Origin: an uncultured Holophaga sp.
GTDB taxonomy: Bacteria > Acidobacteriota > Holophagae > Holophagales > Holophagaceae
NCBI GenBank assembly: GCA_963664825.1
Contig: OY761614.1
Location: 2,336,001-2,400,000 of the forward strand
DNA length: 64,000 nucleotides
Direction of reading: 5' to 3'
Positions 41,061 through 50,226 of the stretch are shown here, piece by piece; position 1 is the stretch's first letter; each line of letters begins with the position of its first letter. The notes below the pieces were generated by a model. The model ran no database searches, was not told where the DNA came from, and worked only from the letters and a program-made list of their open reading frames with translations. A program made the position numbers and the translations under genes.

Positions 41061-42536
41061 GTGACGCGGCTTCCCCTGTGGGCGCTGCTCCTGGTGCCAA
41101 CACTGATCTGGGCTGCCCCCGTGCAGGGGCGGATCACGGATGGCCGCGCAGGGCTCCCGGGGGTGCGCGTCTTTCCCGATCGCCTGCGGAGGGTGCGGCC
41201 CGTCCCCTTAGTGCCCTTCGCCCTCACGGATGCGGAGGGACGCTTCACCCTGGAACTGGAGGCCTCCGATACGCTGCTGGCCGTGGAGAAATCCGGATGG
41301 CAGCGGGATCTCGTGCCCCTGGTGGAGCTGGATCAGCCTGTCGTGTTGAAGCCTGCCCCCGAACACCGAATCGAAAAAGCCCTGGTGGTGCGCCTGGGCT
41401 TTCCCGATGAACAGGGACGCCTGAGCGACGATGCACTGCGCTCCCTGCTCTTCGGGCGCCAGCCGGGCCTTGCTAGCGCCGCCAACTATGTCTATGAAGT
41501 CTCCAAGGGCAGCCTGGAACTGGAGGAGGGTGCCATCCTCCACCTCGAGGATCCCAAGCACCTGCGGCCCCGCAGCGATGCCCAGCGGGACGCCATCGCC
41601 GAGTGGGTGCTGGGACAACTGAAGGGCGTGGACCTGAAGGCCTTCGATTGTCTCGATAACCGCAACGGGGTCCTTCAGCCGGATGGCAAACCCGATCATC
41701 TCTGGATCATCCCGCCGGGCCCCGCGCGAAACGCGACCACCGACCCGGCCCATCTCTCGGCCAGCAGCTTCCTGGTGCCCTTGCCCTGGAAGCCCACCCG
41801 CCGCTGGGGCGTGCTCTTCTTCGCGGAGGAGACGCCCCTGGGCAACATCGTCCACGAGCTCTTTCATTCCATGGGCGAGCACCGGGTGGACGATCTCTAT
41901 CTGGACTGCGAACACCCCCTGACCGCCGGCATCTGGGATCTCATGGACGCGGGCCAGTACCGGGGCTGGGATTGTGTGCCGCCGAAGGGCGGGGATTGGC
42001 AGGGCTGTGTGGGCTACAGCCCCTCCCAGCCCGGCGCCTGGGTGCGGGGGGAGCTCTTGTACCGCGGCCGCTTCAAGGCCACGGTGAAGACCCTGAAGCT
42101 GGCGGGTCGGCAGTGGATGGGCTGGATGAACCCCTTGGCGCGGGCCCCCCGGGATTTTCCCCAGCAGTTGGTGGTGCCTGATCCCCGCCGGAAGGGCTGC
42201 TTCTGGAGCCTGGAGGTCCGGCGTCCCTGGGGCTTCGACCGGGGGCGGGTGGGGGATCGCTGGGGGCCGGGCTTCGAGGGCCTCGTCGTCTCGCACATCG
42301 ACCCCTCCCTGCTCAGCGAGGGCGAGCCCCGGGGTGCGGTGCGCGTCATTGATGCCCACCCGGGGAGCCCTGAACCGCCCTCGCCCCGTTTCCCCTGTGG
42401 GCGCTGGGAACTGGACGATGCGGCCTTCAAGCTCGGCCAGGGCGAGCATCCCAAGGGATCGGACGGGCCCCTCTCCTGGGAAGTCCTGGCCGAGGATGGG
42501 GCGGGACGGATGCAGGTGCGCGTGAGGCTGCGGTAG
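41061..42536 (+). CDS. secreted M6-like zinc metallopeptidase
   Basis: Signal peptide, DGKPDHL, HELFH (HExxH), DLY and WDLMDAG. Confidence 0.7.
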   Translation: MTRLPLWALLLVPTLIWAAPVQGRITDGRAGLPGVRVFPDRLRRVRPVPLVPFALTDAEGRFTLELEASDTLLAVEKSGWQRDLVPLVELDQPVVLKPAPEHRIEKALVVRLGFPDEQGRLSDDALRSLLFGRQPGLASAANYVYEVSKGSLELEEGAILHLEDPKHLRPRSDAQRDAIAEWVLGQLKGVDLKAFDCLDNRNGVLQPDGKPDHLWIIPPGPARNATTDPAHLSASSFLVPLPWKPTRRWGVLFFAEETPLGNIVHELFHSMGEHRVDDLYLDCEHPLTAGIWDLMDAGQYRGWDCVPPKGGDWQGCVGYSPSQPGAWVRGELLYRGRFKATVKTLKLAGRQWMGWMNPLARAPRDFPQQLVVPDPRRKGCFWSLEVRRPWGFDRGRVGDRWGPGFEGLVVSHIDPSLLSEGEPRGAVRVIDAHPGSPEPPSPRFPCGRWELDDAAFKLGQGEHPKGSDGPLSWEVLAEDGAGRMQVRVRLR

Positions 42537-42539
42537 GCG

Positions 42540-43367
42540 TTATCGCTGCCCTACCTTGAACAGCCAGTACATGGCCTCCCGGTCGGCGGCCCAGGCTGGG
42601 GCCAGGTAGCGCAGGGCACGCGCGGCCTCCTCGGGGCTGCCGGGAAGGGCCGGGGCGGCGCATTCCTTGGGCAGCTTGGTGGTGCCGGTGAGGAAGCCCT
42701 CCACATGGGGGTTCAGGGTCCTGGCTCGCTCCAGGGCCCGAAGGGCGGTCTTCTCCTCCTTGAGGCGCAGATGCAGGAGCACCTTCATGTAGGCCCAGAC
42801 CGGGCCTGGATCGCCTTCGAAGGTCCGCAGGAGGTTCTGGAGAGGTTTGGTCTGGCCTAGGCTGGCGTAGCAGCGGGCCAGATGGTAGCGCACGCCTTGG
42901 GGGTCACCCTGGCTGAAGCGCAGGAGGGCTTCGAAGTGGGGCAGGGCCGCCTTGAGCTTTCCGGCGCGCTCCAGGAGGTCGGCCAGGGCCATGCGGGAAC
43001 GCAGGTAGGGGCGCGCCTCCACCTGGTTCCAGAGCAGGCCCTTGTGGGCCTGGATGAAGGCCTCTCCCAGGGTGGCTTCGGCCTTCACGGCCACCTCCTG
43101 CATGCGGTGGGCGGCCTCCTCGGGGCCCATGGATCCCGCCCCCGCCAGGGCGTTCAGGGCATCAATGCAGCCGGGATCGCGCTCCAGGGCCAGGGTCGCC
43201 AGGGTCCTGGCCTCGGTGTGGTGGGGGGCTTCCAGGGCCTGGAAGGCCAGTTCCTGGGCCTCCTGTTGGGCCTGTGTGCCCTGGGGGGCCTGGCTGCGGA
43301 GCAGGCGCTCGGGATCGAAGGTTCGCGCAGTCTCGTCATTGGGCGCGAATGGGGTCGGATCAGATAC
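42540..43367 (-). CDS. TPR/helical-repeat protein with a non-canonical GTA start
   Basis: Frame open for 79 codons upstream of the tracked ATG (43130); ARPYLR and DPQGVRY motifs. Confidence 0.7.
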   Translation of the reverse strand, partial: VSDPTPFAPNDETARTFDPERLLRSQAPQGTQAQQEAQELAFQALEAPHHTEARTLATLALERDPGCIDALNALAGAGSMGPEEAAHRMQEVAVKAEATLGEAFIQAHKGLLWNQVEARPYLRSRMALADLLERAGKLKAALPHFEALLRFSQGDPQGVRYHLARCYASLGQTKPLQNLLRTFEGDPGPVWAYMKVLLHLRLKEEKTALRALERARTLNPHVEGFLTGTTKLPKECAAPALPGSPEEAARALRYLAPAWAADREAMYWLFKVGQR

Positions 43368-43404
43368 GGCGCACCTCCAAGGTCGTCAATTGCGAAAGGA
43401 TAAC

Positions 43405-43434
43405 AAAAAGAAGCCGCCGGTTTCCCGGCGGCTT
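43405..43434 (-). terminator. intrinsic terminator after the minus-strand M16 pair
   Basis: aagccgccgg-tttc-ccggcggctt with an A tract. Confidence 0.7.
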
Positions 43435-43452
43435 GTCGGATGCGGCCCCGAA

Positions 43453-44931
43453 CTACTGGATGGGCTTTAGGGTCAGGGGATCGCGCAGGGGTAGTTTCAC
43501 CACCGGGAGCTTGACCACTTCGCTCAGCTTGCCGGGGTGATCCTTCACATCGCCTGCCTCGGCTTCGCTGGCCTTGCCGACCACCAGCAGGACCATCTTC
43601 TCGGGCTCGAGGTATTTCTTTGCGACACGCTGGACATCTTCCTTGGTCACGGTCTGGATCTTCTCGCGGAAAGTCGCGAGGAAGTCCTCGGGCCAGCCGG
43701 TGAGCTGTTCGCTGGCCAGGGCGTTCACGATGGCCTGCTTGTTGGGGAACTGGGCGGGGAAGCCGTCCATGATGCTGTCCTTTACGACCTTCAGATCCTG
43801 GTCGCTCACGGGCTCGGCCTTGATGCGGTCGATCTCGGCCAGGGCCAGGCGCATGGCATAGGCCACGGAGCGGTTCTTGGTCTGGAGACCGCAGGACCAG
43901 TCGCCCTTCCAGTAGGCTCCGGGGCTGAACCGTGAACTGATGCCGTAGGTGAGCCCTTCGTCACTGCGGATCTTCTTCATCAGGCGGGCGTGGAATCCGT
44001 TTCCGCCCAGGATGTCGTTCATCACGACGGTGGCATACCAGTCGGGATCCGTGCGGCGCAGGCCGGGAAGCACGAGCTGCACGGTGCTCTGGGGCACATC
44101 CTTGTCGCAGACATAGATGCCCGACGTGCGGGTGAAGGTTGGCGCAGGGGGCTTGGGGCTGACTTCGGCGCCCTTGATGGGTTTCATTTGGCCGAGGGTC
44201 TTGTTCAGTGCGGCGAGCATGTCCTTCCTGTCGAACTTGCCCGAAACGGCGATGACCAGGTTCGACGGGTGGAACATGCGGGCATGGAAGGCCTTGAGGT
44301 CCTCCTGGGTGATGGCCTTGAGACTGGCTTCGGTGAGGGCGGCGGTGGAATAGTGGTTCTCGCCGTTCAGGAGGTAGCCCATCTGGTAGCCGGCGATGGA
44401 ATTGGCGCTATCGTTGCGCTGTTCCAGGCCGAGGCGGGACTGTTTCTTGGACAGATCCAGGCGGTCCTGGGCGAAGGCGGGCTGGGTCAGGACTTCCATG
44501 AAGAGATCGAGCCCGGCCTTGAAGTCCTTCTCGAGGATCTCCAGGGAGACCTCGCCCTGGGTGGAGCCGAAGTTGCTTTGGATCTGGGCAGCCAGGAACT
44601 CGATTCGCTCATCGAGCTTGTCGGCGGGAGTCTTCTCCGTGCCGCCACTGCGCATCAGATCGCCCACGAAGTTAGCGAGTCCCTCCTTGCCCTTGGGATC
44701 GAGGTAGGAACCGCCGCGCACTATCACGTTGATGCGCACGAAGGGTTGGCCGTTGGGATCCGGCGCGATGAAGACGGGGATGCCATTCTTGAGCTTGGCC
44801 TTGTAGTCCTTGACCCGGGGGGCCTGGAAGGTGACGGGCTTGAAGCTGAGTTTCTCGGGGCGGTCGGGGATGGTCTGGGCGAAGACCAGACCGGTGCCGA
44901 GCAGGAGGGAAAGAGCGATGCGGCTGATCAT
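43453..44931 (-). CDS. M16B peptidase, non-catalytic subunit
   Basis: LKNG, RL...IRSDEGLTY (R/Y pair); no HxxEH. Confidence 0.88.
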   Translation of the reverse strand: MISRIALSLLLGTGLVFAQTIPDRPEKLSFKPVTFQAPRVKDYKAKLKNGIPVFIAPDPNGQPFVRINVIVRGGSYLDPKGKEGLANFVGDLMRSGGTEKTPADKLDERIEFLAAQIQSNFGSTQGEVSLEILEKDFKAGLDLFMEVLTQPAFAQDRLDLSKKQSRLGLEQRNDSANSIAGYQMGYLLNGENHYSTAALTEASLKAITQEDLKAFHARMFHPSNLVIAVSGKFDRKDMLAALNKTLGQMKPIKGAEVSPKPPAPTFTRTSGIYVCDKDVPQSTVQLVLPGLRRTDPDWYATVVMNDILGGNGFHARLMKKIRSDEGLTYGISSRFSPGAYWKGDWSCGLQTKNRSVAYAMRLALAEIDRIKAEPVSDQDLKVVKDSIMDGFPAQFPNKQAIVNALASEQLTGWPEDFLATFREKIQTVTKEDVQRVAKKYLEPEKMVLLVVGKASEAEAGDVKDHPGKLSEVVKLPVVKLPLRDPLTLKPIQ

Positions 44932-46667
44932 TACTTGGCCTCCAACTTCTGGATGCGGGCGTGGAGCTTCTGGACCAGGAACTCGATCAGGGGCTTCACC
45001 TGGGGTGGCACCTTGTCGGCCTGGGCCTCAATTTGGGCGAGGCCCTCCTTCAGCTTGGCCACATCGGTTTCCTTCTCGAACTGGGCCAGGGCCATCTTGG
45101 CGTTGGGGCGCAGTTGCTCGGGCAGCTTGGCGAGTTCGGGGTCCTCGGGTCCCGCAGGAGCCGCCTTGCGGCGAAGGGTGAGGACGCTGCGGTTTTCCTT
45201 GGTCAGGTATTTCTGGGCAACACGCTGGACATCGGCCTTTGTGACCTTCTTAAGGTTTTCGGGCTCGACGAGGAAGTCCTTGTAGCTCCCCGCCCCTTCG
45301 GCCTCGGCCAACTGGGCCACCAGGCCGCCGTTGCTCTCCAGGCGACGGAAGGAATCCGCCAGGACCTGGTTCTTCACCTTCTGGAGTTCCTGGTCGGTGA
45401 TGCCGTCCTTCTGGATCTTCTCGATCTCGGCGTAGAGCATGGGTTCCACGTCTTCGACCTTCCGATCCGGGGTGGGGGCGCCGATGACGAAGAAGGAGCC
45501 TGCATACTTCTGGGTGCGGTTGAAGGCCTGGGCGAAGGCCGCAGCCTTCTGCTTGAGCACCAGTTCCTTGTTCAGGCGGCCGGACTGTCCGTTCAGGACA
45601 GAGCCCAGGATATCCAGGGCGGCGGCGTCCTGATGGACGCTGGAGACGCCCTTGTAGCTGGCGAAGACCATGGGTGTGCTCTCGGCCTCGGCATCCATCC
45701 GCTGGGGAGCGACCTGGGCGGGGTCGGTGGTGAGGACCACGGGAACGGGCCGGGTGCCCCTGGGGATGCGCCCGAAGTAGCGCTCCATCATGGCGATGGC
45801 TTCGTCCGTCTTGAAGTCACCCACCAGGATCGCGGTGATGTTATTGGGCGCATAGAAGGTGGCGAAGAACCTGTCGGCGACCTCGCGATTCACCTGGGAG
45901 ATATCGCTGGGCCAGCCAAGCACAGGCCAGTGGTAGGGGTGGGCCTCCCAGGTCATGGCGAAGAAAGCCTCCATGATCCGGCCGGTGGGAGTGGCCTCCG
46001 TGCGCAGGCGGCGCTCCTCGAGGATGACGTCGCGCTCGCTGTAGAACTCCCGGAAGACGGCGTTCTTCAGGCGATCCGACTCCAACCAGGACCAGAGTTC
46101 CAGCTTGTTGGAGGGCACCGTGATATGGAAGAAGGTGCGGTCGTTGCTGGTGTTGGCATTCAGGCCGGTGGCGCCGGCCTGCTTGTAGATGGAGTCCATC
46201 TCGTCCTTGACGATGATGGCCCGCTGTTCCTTCACCAATGCGTCGAAGTCCTTGAGAAGCTGCTGATGGCGCTCGGAGCGCACCTTGGGGTCCTGGATAT
46301 CCGAGATCTCCCCGCGCCGCTGCTTCTCGCGCAGGATCCCGATCTCTTCGCGGATGCCAGCCTGCACCTTGTCCTGGAGGGCATTGAGTTCCGCATCCCG
46401 CTTGGCGTCCTTGGTGCCGATGGTGTTGGTGCCCTTGAACATCATGTGTTCAAAGAAATGAGCCATGCCGGTGGCGCCGACGGTCTCATTGGCGCTACCC
46501 ACCCGGGCGACCCAGCCGGCGGCGACCGTTGGCTCATCATGGCGTTCCACCAGGAGGAGGCGCATGCCGTTGGAAAGGGTGTGTTCCTTGACGGGGACGG
46601 TCTGAGCCAATAGGGGTGCCGCTGCGACCAGTGCGGCGACGAGCCCTCGGCCCGGAGAGATGGTCAT
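44931..46667 (-). CDS. M16B peptidase, catalytic subunit
   Basis: GMAHFFEHMMFKGT (HxxEH); signal peptide. Confidence 0.92.
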   Translation of the reverse strand: MTISPGRGLVAALVAAAPLLAQTVPVKEHTLSNGMRLLLVERHDEPTVAAGWVARVGSANETVGATGMAHFFEHMMFKGTNTIGTKDAKRDAELNALQDKVQAGIREEIGILREKQRRGEISDIQDPKVRSERHQQLLKDFDALVKEQRAIIVKDEMDSIYKQAGATGLNANTSNDRTFFHITVPSNKLELWSWLESDRLKNAVFREFYSERDVILEERRLRTEATPTGRIMEAFFAMTWEAHPYHWPVLGWPSDISQVNREVADRFFATFYAPNNITAILVGDFKTDEAIAMMERYFGRIPRGTRPVPVVLTTDPAQVAPQRMDAEAESTPMVFASYKGVSSVHQDAAALDILGSVLNGQSGRLNKELVLKQKAAAFAQAFNRTQKYAGSFFVIGAPTPDRKVEDVEPMLYAEIEKIQKDGITDQELQKVKNQVLADSFRRLESNGGLVAQLAEAEGAGSYKDFLVEPENLKKVTKADVQRVAQKYLTKENRSVLTLRRKAAPAGPEDPELAKLPEQLRPNAKMALAQFEKETDVAKLKEGLAQIEAQADKVPPQVKPLIEFLVQKLHARIQKLEAK

Positions 46668-46965
46668 GATGCCTCCTTGGATGATTGGAAAAGAACCTGA
46701 TGCGGTCCAAAGGCCGGAAAGCCATGAATGGACTGGGCTGAGGACCCATGTTGAGGATACCTCGACAGTTGCTGTGAAACCCTTGTTAAGAAATGTGAAG
46801 AAGCCTGGCTTCATTGGCTCGGATATTCCGAACCTGGAAGGCACCGCTCCACGGCCCGAGTCCACCACTCGGCCATCGGGAGCGACCGGCGAACGGAAAG
46901 CCGTGCCCGGGGCCTCCGTACGCTGAGAATCTGGGCCGTCATCTGACTCAACCCAAGGAGCTATC

Positions 46966-48693
46966 TTGTTCATTTCTCGCCTTGCCCTGGTCCTTGCCGT
47001 GGCCTCCGTCTCCCTCTCGGCCCAGATTCGCGTTCCCATACAGAAGCGCGTGCTTTCCAACGGGCTCACGGTGATGCTCGTGGAGCGCCACAACGCTCCC
47101 GTCTTCTCCGCCCGCATTTCCTTCAAGGCTGGAAGCGCCGACGATCCCTTCGGAGCCAGCGGCGTGGCCCATGTCTGCGAGCACATGCTCTTCAAGGGGA
47201 CGAAATCCTACGGCCTGAAGAACCCTGCCGATGCCAGCAAGGAACAGGGCCTGCTCGAGCGGGAGGACGCCCTCTGGGAATCCATCCTGACCGAGCAGCG
47301 CACCCTGGTGGATGCTTCGGCCCGGGCCTTCTACGCCACCGGCAAAGTGGGCCCCGAGACGAGCCCCAAGCTGGAACAGTTGAAGAAGGACTTCGAAGCG
47401 GTCCAGACCGAGCACCGCGCCCTGGTGGCCCAGAACGATTACAGTTCCCTCTACGAGACCGTGGGTGGCACGGGTATCAACGCCGGCACCGGCATGGATT
47501 TCACGGTCTACCAGGTGAGCCTGCCCAAGAATCGTTTCGAGTTCTGGTGCCGCATGGAATCGGATCGCCTGGCCAATCCCGTGCTCCGGGAATACTACAC
47601 GGAGCGTGACGTCATCAAGGAAGAGCGCCGCATGAGCCTGGAGGATGGCACGGGTGGCCGCGGCCCCATGGGGGTGCTCATCGAGCCCTTTTTTGCCGCG
47701 GCCTTCCCCTACCAGCCCTACGGCCGCACCGGACTCGGCCCCATGTCCGATCTCTTCAACCTCAAGCGCACCGAGGTCCAGGCCTTCTTCACCAAGTACT
47801 ACGCGCCCAACCGCTCGGCCCTGGTGCTGGTGGGGGACCTGAAGATGGACGAGATCCTGCCCTCCATCGAGGCCTATTTCGGCAAGATCGCCCGTCAGCA
47901 GGATCCCGCTCCCGTCCATACCGTGGCCCCCGCCCAGAATGGCGAACGGCGTCTGGTGGTGGAGAAGGACATGACGCCCATGGTGCGCGTCGGCTGGCAT
48001 GTGCCCGCCATGGGCCATCCCGATGTGCCGGCCCTCAATGTGTTGGCCGAGATCCTCTCCGGGGGCCGCACCAGCCGCCTCTACAAGAACGCCGTGGAGG
48101 GCAAGCAGCTGACGACGGGGTTCAGAGTGGACTACGGTGATCCCGGATCCAAGTACCCCACCCTCTTTACGGCTTCGGCCACGGTGAAGGGGGATCACAC
48201 GACGCAGGAGCTGGAAGCGGCGCTCTACGAGGAGATTGCCAAGCTCGCCAAGGAGGGTCCCACCCAGATGGAGGTGGATCGCATGATCAAGAACGCGGAG
48301 ATGGGCCTCATCAAGAAGCTGGAGGACATCGATTCCCTGGGCGACGAGATCGCCCAAACCTGGGCCATCACGGGCGATGAGACCACCTTCACCGCCGACC
48401 TTGACCGCACCAAGGAAGTCAAACCCGCCGATGTGCAGCGGGTGGCCAAGACCTACTTCACGGCGCAAAACCGCGTGGTGGCCACGCTTGTGCGTCCGGC
48501 CGTGTCCGGCGTCAAGGATCCCCTGGATGCCCAGCTCGAAGTCCTGATCGGGAAGGCCATCTCCGCCCAGGTGAGCGACGCGGCCCAGGCCAAGACGATC
48601 CTGGAACAGCAGATGGGCCAGATCCGGGCCCTGCCTAAGGAGAAGAAAGAGGAAATCCTCAAGCAGCTCCAGGCCCAGCTCGGCGGCAAGTAG
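46966..48693 (+). CDS. M16B peptidase, catalytic subunit
   Basis: GVAHVCEHMLFKGT; AAGGAG RBS before a TTG start. Confidence 0.92.
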   Translation: MFISRLALVLAVASVSLSAQIRVPIQKRVLSNGLTVMLVERHNAPVFSARISFKAGSADDPFGASGVAHVCEHMLFKGTKSYGLKNPADASKEQGLLEREDALWESILTEQRTLVDASARAFYATGKVGPETSPKLEQLKKDFEAVQTEHRALVAQNDYSSLYETVGGTGINAGTGMDFTVYQVSLPKNRFEFWCRMESDRLANPVLREYYTERDVIKEERRMSLEDGTGGRGPMGVLIEPFFAAAFPYQPYGRTGLGPMSDLFNLKRTEVQAFFTKYYAPNRSALVLVGDLKMDEILPSIEAYFGKIARQQDPAPVHTVAPAQNGERRLVVEKDMTPMVRVGWHVPAMGHPDVPALNVLAEILSGGRTSRLYKNAVEGKQLTTGFRVDYGDPGSKYPTLFTASATVKGDHTTQELEAALYEEIAKLAKEGPTQMEVDRMIKNAEMGLIKKLEDIDSLGDEIAQTWAITGDETTFTADLDRTKEVKPADVQRVAKTYFTAQNRVVATLVRPAVSGVKDPLDAQLEVLIGKAISAQVSDAAQAKTILEQQMGQIRALPKEKKEEILKQLQAQLGGK

Positions 48694-48730
48694 CCCACCC
48701 CTCATCACGAACCCAGACTAGGAAAAGACC

Positions 48731-50149
48731 ATGCGAATCACATCCCTCATTGCAGCCCTCATTGCCCTGCCCATGCTGGCCCAGGCGCCCGTTGGCAGCC
48801 TCGACAAGCTTCCGGACCCCCACACCATGCCCGCGCCCAAGCTCCAGGCGCCCCAGCCCAAGGTGCAGCAGTTCACCCTTTCCAATGGCGTCCGCGTCCT
48901 CTTCATCGAGGATCACGAACTGCCCGTGGTGGAGATGTCGGCGGCCTTCAAGGTGGGCACCTTGGAAGATCCTGCGAACAAGGCCGGTCTCGCCTCCATG
49001 ACGGCCACCCTGCTGCGCACCGGCGGCACGAAGAACTTCACGGCCGACCAGCTCAACGAACAGCTCGAGAATCTCGCGGCGGATGTGGAATTCGGCGCGA
49101 GCACCGAGAACAGCGGCGGCGGCATCCATTGTTTCAAGAAGGACGCCTCCAAGGTGCTAGGGCTCTTCAGTGAGATGCTCCGGGCCCCTCGCTTCGCCGC
49201 AGACCGCATCGAGATCGTGCGCAACCAGAGCCTCTCCCGCATCAAACAGCAGGAGGACCAGCCGGTGCAACTGGCGGTTCGGGGTATCAGCCGCCTGCTC
49301 TTCAATGGAAAGGGCCAGGGCAATCCCGCCACCCAGGCCAGCATCAAGGCCATCACCGAACAGGATCTGCGCGGCTTTGCCAAGACCTGGTTCGTGCCCA
49401 ATAACATGATCCTGGGCGTCTCCGGCGATCTCACGCTCTCGGAAGCCAAGGCCCTCCTGAAGAAGACCCTGGGCGATTGGCCCAAGGCCAAGCTGCCCGC
49501 CTTGGCCCGGTCCAGCGAGCCCACCAAGGCCGCACCCGGCGTCTACCTCCAGAAGAAAGACAAGGTCAACCAGAGCGTCGTGCTGGCCGGAATGACCGGG
49601 CCTCGGGAGAACGACCCCGATCGCGTGGCCCTGGGCGCGGCATACCTGGTGCTGGGGGAGGGCGGACTCGGGAACCGCCTCTTCAATACCATCCGCACGA
49701 AAAACGCCCTGGCCTATTCCGCGGGATGCGCCTCCAGCTTCGCCAACACCGTGGACGGCGTCTTCTTCGGATACGCCATCACCAAGGGGGAAAGCACCAC
49801 TAAGGCCGCCAGGCTCCTGCGGGAGGAATGCGTGAAGCTGGCCAAGGATGGCATCACCCCTGAAGAATGGGAGAACGCCAAGCGCACCCTCACCAACCAG
49901 GAGGTCTTCGCCAACGCCACCTCCAGCAACGTGATCAGCACGGCCGTGGGCCTGGCCCTCTTCGGTCAGCCCCTGGATACCCGGGCCAAGCGCCTGGAGA
50001 AGCTCCAGAGCCTGAGCCTGAGCCAGGTGAACGAGGTCATCAGCCGCCGCTTCAAGCCTGAGAATCTGCGCTTCTACATCCTGGGAGACCCCGCAGGCTT
50101 CGGCGCGGAAAAGCTGGAGACCCTTGGGAACGTGACAGCCCTCAACTGA
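48731..50149 (+). CDS. M16B peptidase, non-catalytic subunit
   Basis: LSNG, RLFNTIRTKNALAY; no HxxEH. Confidence 0.88.
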   Translation: MRITSLIAALIALPMLAQAPVGSLDKLPDPHTMPAPKLQAPQPKVQQFTLSNGVRVLFIEDHELPVVEMSAAFKVGTLEDPANKAGLASMTATLLRTGGTKNFTADQLNEQLENLAADVEFGASTENSGGGIHCFKKDASKVLGLFSEMLRAPRFAADRIEIVRNQSLSRIKQQEDQPVQLAVRGISRLLFNGKGQGNPATQASIKAITEQDLRGFAKTWFVPNNMILGVSGDLTLSEAKALLKKTLGDWPKAKLPALARSSEPTKAAPGVYLQKKDKVNQSVVLAGMTGPRENDPDRVALGAAYLVLGEGGLGNRLFNTIRTKNALAYSAGCASSFANTVDGVFFGYAITKGESTTKAARLLREECVKLAKDGITPEEWENAKRTLTNQEVFANATSSNVISTAVGLALFGQPLDTRAKRLEKLQSLSLSQVNEVISRRFKPENLRFYILGDPAGFGAEKLETLGNVTALN

Positions 50150-50172
50150 TAGGGACCCGTATCCCTAAGGCC

Positions 50173-50210
50173 GAAAGAGCCGGGAGCGTTTGCTCCCGGC
50201 TCTTTCTTTT
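50173..50210. terminator. intrinsic terminator
   Basis: gaaagagccgggagc-gttt-gctcccggctctttc followed by tttt. Confidence 0.8.
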
Positions 50211-50226
50211 CCTGTCGTCGTCGGCT

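Noticed and set aside
43154..43339. 61-aa ORF suggesting a frameshifted TPR gene
   Set aside because: The true coding frame is continuous with 42540-43130, so no frameshift is needed.
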